64,000 nt of DNA from an uncultured bacterium. GTDB lineage: Bacteria > Actinomycetota > Coriobacteriia > Coriobacteriales > Coriobacteriaceae. A program made the position numbers and the translations under genes. Within the stretch, counting starts at the first letter, position 1; each line of letters begins with the position of its first letter. Under the pieces are notes generated by a model, which searched no databases, was not told the origin of the DNA, and was given only the letters and a program-made list of their open reading frames with translations. Positions 38,618 to 46,928 of this stretch are shown piece by piece. The DNA lies in assembly GCA_905215755.1 (NCBI GenBank), contig CAJMRE010000003.1, positions 7,424 through 71,423 on the forward strand. Direction: 5' to 3'.

Positions 38618-39562
38618 GTGGCGTTCAACCATAAGCACCTGATCGACATTACCGAGTACTCCGAAGAGGACATCAAGCTCATCCTCGAGACCGCCAAGGC
38701 GTTCTCCGAGGTCAACGAGCGTGCGATCAAGAAGGTCCCCACGCTCAAGGGCAAGACCATCGTCAACATGTTCAACGAGCCCTCGACGCGCACCCGCAGC
38801 TCCTTTGAGCTCGCCGAGAAGCGTCTTTCGGCCGACAGCCTCAACTTTGGCGGCTCCTCGACCTCCACGGTCAAGGGCGAGAGCCTCGTCGACACCGTCG
38901 AGACCCTCAACGCCTATAAGATCGACTGCATCGTCGTGCGAGATAAGCACGCCGGTGCTCCCTACATCGTCACGCAGAACTCGCCCGCGAGCGTCATCTG
39001 CGCCGGCGACGGCAAGCACAACCATCCCACGCAGGCCCTGCTCGACCTGTACACCATCTGGGAGCACAAGGGCGACTTCCACGGTCTGAAGGTCGCCGTC
39101 GTCGGCGATATCGCGCACTCCCGTGTTTGCGGTTCGCTGATCCCCGCCCTTAAGATCATGGGCTGCGAGACCTACGCCGTCGCCCCCGGCACGCTGCTGC
39201 CGCCGGCGCCCGAGGTCTTGGGCTGCGACCACGTGACGAGCGACCTTGATTCCGTCCTGCCCGAGCTGGACGTCGTCTACATGCTGCGCGTGCAGCAGGA
39301 GCGCCTCGAGGGTGCCCCGTTCCCGACCATTCGTGAGTACCACAAGCTCTTCGGTCTGACCAAGGACCGCGAGAAGCTCATGAAGCCCGATGCGATCATC
39401 TGCCACCCGGGCCCCATCAACCGCGGCGTCGAGTTCGACTCCTATATGGCCGACCACCCGCAACGCTCCGTCATCCTGGAGCAGGTCTACGCCGGTATCT
39501 GCGTGCGTATGGCTATCCTGTATCTGCTGCTTGGAGGTGCCGATAATGGCCTTGCTTCTTAA
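38618..39562 (+). CDS. pyrB: Aspartate carbamoyltransferase catalytic subunit
   Basis: EPSTRTRSSFE and GKHNHPTQALLD. GTG 38618 follows GGAGGTGAG. GTG 38606 (the ORF-track start) is an alternative. Confidence 0.9.
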   Translation: MAFNHKHLIDITEYSEEDIKLILETAKAFSEVNERAIKKVPTLKGKTIVNMFNEPSTRTRSSFELAEKRLSADSLNFGGSSTSTVKGESLVDTVETLNAYKIDCIVVRDKHAGAPYIVTQNSPASVICAGDGKHNHPTQALLDLYTIWEHKGDFHGLKVAVVGDIAHSRVCGSLIPALKIMGCETYAVAPGTLLPPAPEVLGCDHVTSDLDSVLPELDVVYMLRVQQERLEGAPFPTIREYHKLFGLTKDREKLMKPDAIICHPGPINRGVEFDSYMADHPQRSVILEQVYAGICVRMAILYLLLGGADNGLAS

Positions 39563-40835
39563 GAATGCCCACGTCGTCGACCCGTCCGTCGAGCTTGACG
39601 GTGTCGTTGACGTCCTGATTGACGGCGATAAGATCGCCGAGGTCGGCGAGAATCTCGCCGTCGAGGGAGCCGAGGTCCGCGACCTTTCCGGCAAGTATCT
39701 CGTCCCCGGCCTGGTGGATATGCACGTTCACCTTCGTGAGCCCGGCTACGAGGTCAAAGAGGACATCGAGAGCGGCACCCGCGCTGCTGCCAAGGGCGGC
39801 TTTACCGGCGTGTGCGCCATGCCCAACACCGATCCCGTCACCGATAACGGCACCGTCGTGGAGTTCGTCAAGTCCCGTGCTGCCGAGGTCGGTCACTGCC
39901 GCGTCTATCCGTCGGGCGCCATGACCCGCGGTCTTAAGGGCGAGGCCATGTCCGAGATGGGTGATATGGTCGCCCACGGCGCCGTCGCCTTCACCGACGA
40001 CGGTCGCGGCGTGCAGGGCGCGGGCATGCTCCGTCGCTGCATGGACTACGGCAAGATGTTCGGCAAGGTCTTTATGAGCCACTGCCAGGACGAGGACCTG
40101 GTCGGCCACGGCCAGATCAACGAGGGCAAGGTCTCGACCCGTCTGGCTCTCGAGGGCTGGCCGGCTGCCGGCGAGGAGCTCCAGATCGCTCGCGACATCG
40201 AGATCGCCAAGCTGACCGGCGCCAAGCTGCACATTCAGCACATCTCCACCGCCCATGGCCTGGAGATCGTGCGTGCCGGTAAGGCCGCTGGTGTTCAGGT
40301 TACCTGCGAGGCCACTCCGCACCACATGTTCCTGACCGAGAACGACCTGGACGAGACCTACAACACCTCGCTCAAGGTCAACCCGCCGCTACGCACCGAC
40401 GAGGACGCCGAGGCCATCCGTCAGGGCGTCATCGACGGCACCGTCGACGCTATCGTCACCGATCACGCTCCCCACACCCCGTGGGAGAAGGCGCGCGAGT
40501 TCGAGCTTGCGCCCTTTGGCATGATCGGCCTCGAGACCTCGCTGTCGCTCGTACTCACCGAGCTGGTCAACACGGGCAAGATGAGTATGGGCCGCATGGT
40601 CGAGCTCATGGCCATCAAGCCGCGTGAGATCCTGGGCCTCGACCAGGTTCAGGTCAAGGCGGGCTCCGTTGCCGACCTGACCGTGTTCGACGCGTCCGCC
40701 ACCTGGACGGTCGGCGAGGATGGATACGAGTCGCGTGCCGAGAACTCCGGTTTTGCCGGCCGCACGCTCACTGGTCGTGCCACCGATGTGTTTGTCGGCG
40801 GTAAGCAGACGCTCGCCGACGGCTGCATCTGCTAG
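39546..40835 (+). CDS. pyrC: Dihydroorotase
   Basis: LVDMHVHLREPG and TDHAPH. ATG 39546 overlaps the end of pyrB by 17 nt. The ORF track starts at 39390. Confidence 0.9.
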   Translation: MALLLKNAHVVDPSVELDGVVDVLIDGDKIAEVGENLAVEGAEVRDLSGKYLVPGLVDMHVHLREPGYEVKEDIESGTRAAAKGGFTGVCAMPNTDPVTDNGTVVEFVKSRAAEVGHCRVYPSGAMTRGLKGEAMSEMGDMVAHGAVAFTDDGRGVQGAGMLRRCMDYGKMFGKVFMSHCQDEDLVGHGQINEGKVSTRLALEGWPAAGEELQIARDIEIAKLTGAKLHIQHISTAHGLEIVRAGKAAGVQVTCEATPHHMFLTENDLDETYNTSLKVNPPLRTDEDAEAIRQGVIDGTVDAIVTDHAPHTPWEKAREFELAPFGMIGLETSLSLVLTELVNTGKMSMGRMVELMAIKPREILGLDQVQVKAGSVADLTVFDASATWTVGEDGYESRAENSGFAGRTLTGRATDVFVGGKQTLADGCIC

Positions 40836-40927
40836 CATAGCCTTATCGCTTTTGTGCGCGGTGCCCTTGCGGTGCCGCGCTTTCTGTTCGTTTTGACCAT
40901 GCAACCGCATGGGGGATTGGAGCGTCT

Positions 40928-41719
40928 ATGCCCACACCTTCCACTGCACGCATGCACGACTTTGAGGTCGTCTCGAACCGGGAGATTGCCGACGGCATCT
41001 TCTCGCTCGTCATCTCGGCCCCCAAGCTTGCAAGTGCGCTCAAGCCCGGTCAGTTTGTGAACATTGCCGTGCCCGGTGATGCGTCCTCGCTGCTTCGCGT
41101 GCCCCTGAGCTTCTATCGCGCCGACGCCCAGGCCGGCACCGTCGAGCTGTGGTACGCCGTCGTGGGCGACGACACCCGTCGTCTGTCGCAGATGGCCCCC
41201 GGTTCCACCTCTAATCTGCTGGGCCCCGGCGGACGCGGCTGGCTTGTGCCCGAGGGCACTAGGAAAGCGCTGCTCGTTGCGGGCGGCATCGGTGTTCCGC
41301 CCGTGCTGTGCCTTGCCGGTAAGCTTGCCGAGCAGGGTGTGGCCGTCGACGTGTGCCTGGGCTTTGGCACCGCGTCCAAGGCTGTGGGTATCGATGAGTT
41401 CCGCGCTCTGTGCGATACGGTCGACGTTTGCACCGACGACGGCTCGCTCGGCACGCACGGTTTTTGCACCGATCCTGCCGCCGAGCTGCTCGGCGAGGGC
41501 GGCTACGACTACGTCGCCAGCTGCGGTCCCGCCGTCATGATGAAGAAGGTCGCCGCCGCTGCTGCCGAGGCCGGTGCGTACTGCGAGGTGTCGCTCGAGC
41601 GCATGATGAGCTGTGGCTTTGGCGCCTGCAACACCTGCAATGTCGAGACGGTCGACGGTATGAAGGGCGCCTGCATGTGCGGCCCCGTGTTCGATGCTTC
41701 CAAGGTGGTGGTCTTCTAG
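40928..41719 (+). CDS. pyrK: Dihydroorotate dehydrogenase (class 1B) electron-transfer subunit
   Basis: FAD/NAD-binding ferredoxin-reductase fold (RVPLSFY, LVAGGIGVPP). C-terminal 2Fe-2S Cys cluster CGFGACNTCNV...CMCGPVF. Confidence 0.87.
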   Translation: MPTPSTARMHDFEVVSNREIADGIFSLVISAPKLASALKPGQFVNIAVPGDASSLLRVPLSFYRADAQAGTVELWYAVVGDDTRRLSQMAPGSTSNLLGPGGRGWLVPEGTRKALLVAGGIGVPPVLCLAGKLAEQGVAVDVCLGFGTASKAVGIDEFRALCDTVDVCTDDGSLGTHGFCTDPAAELLGEGGYDYVASCGPAVMMKKVAAAAAEAGAYCEVSLERMMSCGFGACNTCNVETVDGMKGACMCGPVFDASKVVVF

Positions 41720-42642
41720 TGGGTACTGTGAACATGGCCGTCGATTTCGGCGGCGTCAAGATGCAAAACCCCATCAACACCGCAGCCGGTACCTTTGGCT
41801 ACGGTTGGCAGTTCCAGAACTTCTTCGATGTCTCCCAGCTGGGCGCCATCACCACCAAGGGTTGTGCTGCCGAGCCCTGGCCCGGCAACCCCGCGCCCCG
41901 CATGGCTGAGATCCCGGGCGGCATGATCAACTCCGTGGGCCTTCAGAACCCCGGCGTGGCTGCCTTTGCCCGTGAATCCGGTCCGTGGCTCGAGCAGCTC
42001 TCCAAGGACGGTTGCCAGGTCATCTGCCAGGTCGCCGGTCACTCCGTCGAGGAGTTTGTCCGCGCGCTCGAGATGTATGTCGAGCTGTGCCCCTGGGCTG
42101 CCGGCTACGAGATCAACGTGAGCTGCCCCAATATCGCCGCCGGCGGTGCCGCCATGGGCTCCTCGCCCGAGGGCGCCTCTGCCGTTATGGCTGCCTGCCG
42201 TAAGGTGACCGATAAGCCGCTGTTCGTAAAGATGGCTCCGGTTAACGTCGCCGAGATTGCGAAGGCTCTCGAGGCCGCCGGCGCCGACGGCCTTTCGGTC
42301 ATCAACTCTATCCAGGGCATGGCCATCGACGTTCACACCCGCAAGTCCCGCGTGGCCAAGCCCAAGGGCGGCCTTTCGGGCCCGCTGTGCCACCACATCG
42401 CCGTGCGCATGGTCTGGGAGGTCGCTCAGGCCGTCGATATCCCCATCAACGGTGTCGGTGGCGTCATGACGGGCGAAGATGCGGCCGAGTTTATCCTGGC
42501 CGGCGCCACCTGCGTGTCGGTCGGCATGGCCAATTTTGTCAATCCGTGCGCTTCGATTAAGATCGCTCGTGAGCTCGAGGCCTGGGCGGAGTCCCAGGGC
42601 GTGAAGGACATCAACGAGCTGGTAGGTGCTTTCGAATGCTAG
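41719..42642 (+). CDS. pyrD: Dihydroorotate dehydrogenase (class 1B) catalytic subunit
   Basis: NPINTAAGTFGYG, GLQNPGV, NVSCPN and INSIQGM. GTG 41719 overlaps the pyrK TAG. ATG 41734 is an alternative. The ORF track starts at 41410. Confidence 0.9.
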   Translation: MGTVNMAVDFGGVKMQNPINTAAGTFGYGWQFQNFFDVSQLGAITTKGCAAEPWPGNPAPRMAEIPGGMINSVGLQNPGVAAFARESGPWLEQLSKDGCQVICQVAGHSVEEFVRALEMYVELCPWAAGYEINVSCPNIAAGGAAMGSSPEGASAVMAACRKVTDKPLFVKMAPVNVAEIAKALEAAGADGLSVINSIQGMAIDVHTRKSRVAKPKGGLSGPLCHHIAVRMVWEVAQAVDIPINGVGGVMTGEDAAEFILAGATCVSVGMANFVNPCASIKIARELEAWAESQGVKDINELVGAFEC

Positions 42643-43352
42643 AAAACGATGCCCGCGACCGCGTTATCGTCGCCCTCGACTGTGACCGTGAGCGTGCGCT
42701 CGAGCTCGCCCACGAGCTTTCTGGTCACGCCGCTTGGCTTAAGGTTGGCATGACGCTCTATTACGCTGAGGGTCCCGAGATCGTCAAGACGTTCAAGGAC
42801 CTGGGCTTTAAGGTCTTCCTCGATCTCAAGTTCCATGACATTCCGCATCAGGTGCGCGGTGCCGCCCGTTCTGCCTCGCTTGCCGGCGCCGACCTGCTTT
42901 CGGTCCACGGTCTGGGCTCAGGTGCTATGCTCGCTGCGTGCCGTGAGGGTGCCGAGGAGGCGCGCGAGGACCGCGCCAAGCTCGTTGCCATCACCGTGCT
43001 CACGAGCATGAATCAGGATTCGCTGGCCGAGATCGGCGTCGTCTCGCCCGTGGCCGAGGAGGCTGCCCGCCTGGCAAAGCTTGCCCAGGCCAACGGCATC
43101 GACGGCATCGTGTGCTCGCCGATGGAGGCCCATGACATGCGCGAGCTGCTCGGCCCCGACGCGCTGATCGTGACTCCGGGCGTGCGTCCGGTTGGCGCCG
43201 CCTTGGGCGATCAATCCCGCGTGGCGACGCCCTCCCAGGCTATCGAGCGCGGTGCGAGCCACATCGTGGTGGGCCGACCCATCACCGGTGCCGACGACCC
43301 GGTTGCCGCATTTGACGCCATCGTTGCCGAGCTGGTCGAAAACGTCGCCTAA
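42636..43352 (+). CDS. pyrF: Orotidine 5'-phosphate decarboxylase
   Basis: VIVALD...FLDLKFHDIPHQV...IVVGRPI. Overlaps the end of pyrD. Confidence 0.9.
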   Translation: MLENDARDRVIVALDCDRERALELAHELSGHAAWLKVGMTLYYAEGPEIVKTFKDLGFKVFLDLKFHDIPHQVRGAARSASLAGADLLSVHGLGSGAMLAACREGAEEAREDRAKLVAITVLTSMNQDSLAEIGVVSPVAEEAARLAKLAQANGIDGIVCSPMEAHDMRELLGPDALIVTPGVRPVGAALGDQSRVATPSQAIERGASHIVVGRPITGADDPVAAFDAIVAELVENVA

Positions 43353-43397
43353 TAGATTCCCTCAAGTCACCACTTTTGGGTCTCATTAGCACAAATT

Positions 43398-43455
43398 AGC
43401 CCCTGTGCCTGCGAAAACTTTCCCATCCTTTGTGTGGAATCGCAGGTCAGGGGCT
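43398..43455 (+). other. Long hairpin downstream of pyrF (possible terminator or processing site)
   Basis: agcccctg-tg-cctgcga [25-nt loop] tcgcagg-t-caggggct (8+7 bp). No clean U-tract. Confidence 0.4.
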
Positions 43456-43539
43456 TAACTTTGACCTCCGTATATTGCACTTTTCGCAGGTATCGTCTAA
43501 CCTATGGAGCCGTCGATTGGGCATTTAGTGCGTTTGACG

Positions 43540-43548
43540 TGCTAAAAT
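43540..43548 (+). promoter_or_regulatory. Extended -10 TGCTAAAAT upstream of mihF
   Basis: Read directly: gacgTGCTAAAATgcc. Ends 44 nt upstream of the mihF ATG. Confidence 0.5.
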
Positions 43549-43592
43549 GCCAATTATTGAATCAGATATAACCCAACTATTTGGAGGTTCGA

Positions 43593-43901
43593 ATGGCACT
43601 CCCTCAGCTTACCGACGAGCAGCGCAAGCAGGCTCTTGAGAAGGCTGCCGCCGCACGTCACGCTCGCGCTGAGCTTCGCGAGCAGATCAAGAAGGGCGAG
43701 AAGTCCCTCGAGTCCGTGCTCAACTCCGATGACCCCATCGCTTCCCGCATGAAGGTTTCCACCCTCATCGAGTCTCTGCCCGGTTATGGCAAGGCCAAGG
43801 CCGCCAAGATCATGGAGGAGCTCGGCATCTCCGCTACCCGTCGCGTCCAGGGCCTCGGTGTCCGTCAGCGCGAGCAGCTTCTCGAGCAGCTGACCAAATA
43901 A
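43593..43901 (+). CDS. mihF: Actinobacterial integration host factor mIHF
   Basis: MALPQLTDEQRKQALEKAAAARHARAE. GGAGG RBS. The mihF-gmk-rpoZ order is typical of Actinobacteria. Confidence 0.85.
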   Translation: MALPQLTDEQRKQALEKAAAARHARAELREQIKKGEKSLESVLNSDDPIASRMKVSTLIESLPGYGKAKAAKIMEELGISATRRVQGLGVRQREQLLEQLTK

Positions 43902-44471
43902 GTGAGCGCTCAGGATTCAAAGCTCTTTGTGATTTCTGGACCGTCAGGTGCAGGCAAGGGCACGCTCGTCACTCGTGTGCGCGAGCGTCGCTCGAACCTG
44001 GGCCTGACGGTTTCGGCTACCACTCGAGCACCACGCAAAGGTGAGGTCGACGGCGTCAACTACTTTTTCCTGACGCACGAGGAGTTCGACCGCCGCGTGG
44101 CAAACGGTGAGTTTGTTGAGTGGGCTGAGGTCCACGGCAACTGCTACGGCACGTTGGTGAGCGAGGTCACATCCAAGCTCGCCTCTGGCTCGTCTCTGAT
44201 CTTGGAGATTGATGTCCAGGGCGCCCTGCAGGTCAAGGAGCGTTTCCCCGAGGCCGTGTTGATCTTTATCAAGCCGCCTTCGCTCGAGGTGCTTCGCGAT
44301 CGCCTGGTCGGTCGCGGTACCGAGACGCCCGAGACGATTGAGCTGCGTATGGCAAACGCCGCCGATGAACTTGCCCTTGCCGACCGCTACGACGACGTCG
44401 TGGTGAATGACGATCTCGACCGCGCGACCGATGAGCTCGTTCGCGTTCTCGATATGCATGAAAGGATCTGA
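43902..44471 (+). CDS. gmk: Guanylate kinase
   Basis: ISGPSGAGKGT P-loop, TTRAPRKGEVDGVNYFF. Confidence 0.93.
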   Translation: MSAQDSKLFVISGPSGAGKGTLVTRVRERRSNLGLTVSATTRAPRKGEVDGVNYFFLTHEEFDRRVANGEFVEWAEVHGNCYGTLVSEVTSKLASGSSLILEIDVQGALQVKERFPEAVLIFIKPPSLEVLRDRLVGRGTETPETIELRMANAADELALADRYDDVVVNDDLDRATDELVRVLDMHERI

Positions 44472-44476
44472 GGTCC

Positions 44477-44758
44477 GTGTCCGTTGTAAAGCCTTGCATT
44501 GACGATCTTCTGGAGAAGACCGATCACAACCGCTTCCTGCTCGCCTCGCTTGCCTCTAAGCGCGCCTGCGACATTAACAGCATGCTGCGTGGCCAGCACA
44601 ACCGTGTGCTCGCCGTCCAGGATGTCGACGACATCACCATTGCGCTCTCCGGCGCCGATACCATCTCGATGGCTATGGACGAGATTGTCGACGGCGATAT
44701 CTCCTACGACGAGGCCCGTTACGAGAAGGCGCTCGGCCACAAGGTTGCTGAAGCCTAA
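44477..44758 (+). CDS. rpoZ: DNA-directed RNA polymerase subunit omega
   Basis: NRFLLASLASKRACDIN is the typical omega core, at the expected position after gmk. Confidence 0.88.
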   Translation: MSVVKPCIDDLLEKTDHNRFLLASLASKRACDINSMLRGQHNRVLAVQDVDDITIALSGADTISMAMDEIVDGDISYDEARYEKALGHKVAEA

Positions 44759-46003
44759 ATGGCAGCCCGCGTCTGCCTGGTCCACTATCACGAGGTTGGA
44801 CTGAAGGGCAAGAACCGCGCACATTTTGAGCATATCCTCATGGATAACATCAAGGCGGCCTTGGCCGCCTTTTCCGTGAATGCCGTGTCTCGAATTTCCG
44901 GTTATATCCTCGTGACCTTTAACGAGCATCAGGCCGACGAGGCGGCGCGCGTCATTCGCACCGTCCCCGGCGTTGCCCGCGTGTCCCTGGCATATCACAC
45001 GAACCGCGACCCGCAGGAGTACTGCGCCGCCGCCGTGAAGGCGCTGCGCGAGTTTGGTCCCTTCGAGTCGTTTAAGGTTCACGCCAAGCGTTCGAACACC
45101 GACTATGAGCTCACCTCGATTGATATCAATCGGCAGGTAGGCGAGGTGCTGTGCGAAGCGTTTCCCGATAAAAAGGTCCAGATGCACGACCCCGACGCGA
45201 TGGTGCACGTGCTGGTGGTCCAGGGTAGCGTCTATGTGTATGCGCGCTCTGAGCGCGGTGTGGGTGGCCTTCCGGTGGGGTCTGCCGGCAAGGTCGTGAC
45301 GCTGCTGTCGTCGGGTATCGATTCCCCGGTGGCGACCTGGATGCTCGCGCGTCGCGGCGCGGTGTGCGTGCCGGTACATTTCTCCGGTCGTCCGCAGACA
45401 CCCGATACGAGCGAGTATTTGGTGCAGGACATCATCCGTGCGCTTGAGCCGGGTGTCCAGATCGGCCGCCTGTATGTGGTGCCGTTTGGCGACTGCCAGC
45501 GTGAGATTTCGGTCACCTGCCCCAGCAACCTGCGTGTGATCATGTATCGCCGCATTATGTATTCGGTTGCCGAGCGCATCGCGCATATCGAGGGCGCCAA
45601 GGCCATTGTGACGGGCGAGTCGCTTGGTCAGGTTGCCTCCCAGACGCTTGAGAACATCATGGCCGTCAACGAGGCCGTGAAGATTCCCGTGTTCCGTCCG
45701 CTCATTGGTTCTGATAAGCAGGAGATCATCGCGCGTGCCCAGGAGATCGGCACGTTTGATATCTCGACCGAGGCTGCTCCCGATTGCTGCACGCTGTTTA
45801 TGCCGCGCCGTCCCGAGACGCACGCTAAACTCGATGCCGTGCATGAGGCGTGGGAGCTGTTCGATCACGAGGAGATGATTGAGCGTTTGCTCAAACAGAC
45901 CGAGTATATCGACTTCGAGAGCAACACGTATAAGGCCCCTAAGACCTTAAAACGCAAACATTCCGAGCTCGCTCCACGTGAGATTTACCAAGATCACGAA
46001 TAA
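44759..46003 (+). CDS. thiI: tRNA 4-thiouridine synthase ThiI (no rhodanese domain)
   Basis: THUMP-type N-domain and PP-loop LLSSGIDSPVA. The downstream motifs are consistent with ThiI. Confidence 0.87.
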   Translation: MAARVCLVHYHEVGLKGKNRAHFEHILMDNIKAALAAFSVNAVSRISGYILVTFNEHQADEAARVIRTVPGVARVSLAYHTNRDPQEYCAAAVKALREFGPFESFKVHAKRSNTDYELTSIDINRQVGEVLCEAFPDKKVQMHDPDAMVHVLVVQGSVYVYARSERGVGGLPVGSAGKVVTLLSSGIDSPVATWMLARRGAVCVPVHFSGRPQTPDTSEYLVQDIIRALEPGVQIGRLYVVPFGDCQREISVTCPSNLRVIMYRRIMYSVAERIAHIEGAKAIVTGESLGQVASQTLENIMAVNEAVKIPVFRPLIGSDKQEIIARAQEIGTFDISTEAAPDCCTLFMPRRPETHAKLDAVHEAWELFDHEEMIERLLKQTEYIDFESNTYKAPKTLKRKHSELAPREIYQDHE

Positions 46004-46013
46004 TATTGTGTAT

Positions 46014-46047
46014 AGACCGGCGGTGATTTTGCATCGTCGGTCTTTTT
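46014..46047 (+). terminator. Rho-independent terminator after thiI
   Basis: agaccg(g)cg ... cg(t)cggtct followed by ttttt. Confidence 0.7.
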
Positions 46048-46075
46048 CTATCTGGGCATTAGGCGACAAACGGTT

Positions 46076-46141
46076 CATCTGTCGACGTCTGCCTGAATAA
46101 ATGGACACTTTTCAGCAAGGTTTTGGTCAGCTTTTGGTTTG
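46076..46141 (+). promoter_or_regulatory. Conserved upstream block, copy B: CATCTGTCGACGTCT, a 31-nt spacer, then the tandem box TTTGGTCAGCTTTTGGTTTG
   Basis: 46122-46141 matches 17783-17802 at 18/20. 46076-46090 matches 17771-17785 at 12/15. Ends 76 nt upstream of the comEA ATG. Confidence 0.55.
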
Positions 46142-46217
46142 ACCGTGGAAACTGGTGTGGGCGTGCGGAGTCTGCGGCGCTCGTTTCCTGACACGATGGT
46201 GTTGGGAGGTGTTTGCT

Positions 46218-46928
46218 ATGGCGCAGCGCGAGCAACATGAACGGGTTAAACGGATGGACCGCTGGGCAGAAAAGCTGCTCGGCCATAAGGCGGTGGTCGT
46301 GGCGATTCTGGTTGCCATTGCCGCTGCGAGTGGCCTGGCGATGGCAAATTTTGGTGGCCATTCCAGCAACGTGTCGTTTGAGCGTAGTGACGAGGCAGGC
46401 GCCTCGGATGTGCGAGGGGACGGGGATGTGTCACCTGATGATGCCGATGAGTCGTCTGCCAAGAGTTCTTCTGCCGCCGAGGTGTACGTCGATGTGGATG
46501 GCGCCGTTGTGAGGCCTGGCGTGTACCGGCTCAAAGGCGGAGCGCGGGTATCCCAGGCAATCGATGCTGCCGGAGGGCTTACGGCCGAGGCGGATGTGAC
46601 AGGGCTTAATCGTGCGTCCAAGATCACAGATGGTCAAAAGATCTATGTGCCGACGGTGGGGGAGCAACAAGCGGCTGTGGCGGTCGGCGGGGCCGAAAGC
46701 GGTGCTGCCACGACTCCTGGTGCGGGGTCTTCGTCGGGGCTCGTGAACATCAATACGGCAAGTGCGGCGGAGCTGCAGACGCTTTCGGGCATCGGGCCTT
46801 CTATGGCCCAGTCAATTATCGACGAACGGACGCAAAACGGGGCCTTTGCCTCGGTTGATGACCTTATGCGCGTATCGGGGATCGGTGAGAAGAAGCTCGC
46901 CAAAATCAAAGATTGCATCTGCGTATGA
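46218..46928 (+). CDS. comEA: Competence protein ComEA (membrane-anchored helix-hairpin-helix DNA receptor)
   Basis: N-terminal TM helix (VVVAILVAIAAASGLAMA), SLBB-like segment and C-terminal HhH pair INTASAAELQTLSGIGPSMAQSII...VSGIGEKKLAKI. GGGAGG RBS. Confidence 0.87.
   Translation: MAQREQHERVKRMDRWAEKLLGHKAVVVAILVAIAAASGLAMANFGGHSSNVSFERSDEAGASDVRGDGDVSPDDADESSAKSSSAAEVYVDVDGAVVRPGVYRLKGGARVSQAIDAAGGLTAEADVTGLNRASKITDGQKIYVPTVGEQQAAVAVGGAESGAATTPGAGSSSGLVNINTASAAELQTLSGIGPSMAQSIIDERTQNGAFASVDDLMRVSGIGEKKLAKIKDCICV

Noticed and set aside
41410-41718. Long N-terminal extensions in the ORF track. They would create large gene overlaps for pyrD 41410, pyrC 39390, dprA 19723, trmFO 20727, phoH 58430, ispG 30512, rseP 29152 and yraN 17691.
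   Set aside because: In each case a downstream start with an RBS, or a stop/start overlap, gives the conserved N-terminus. The extensions have no homology-like features and overlap the preceding gene in another frame.
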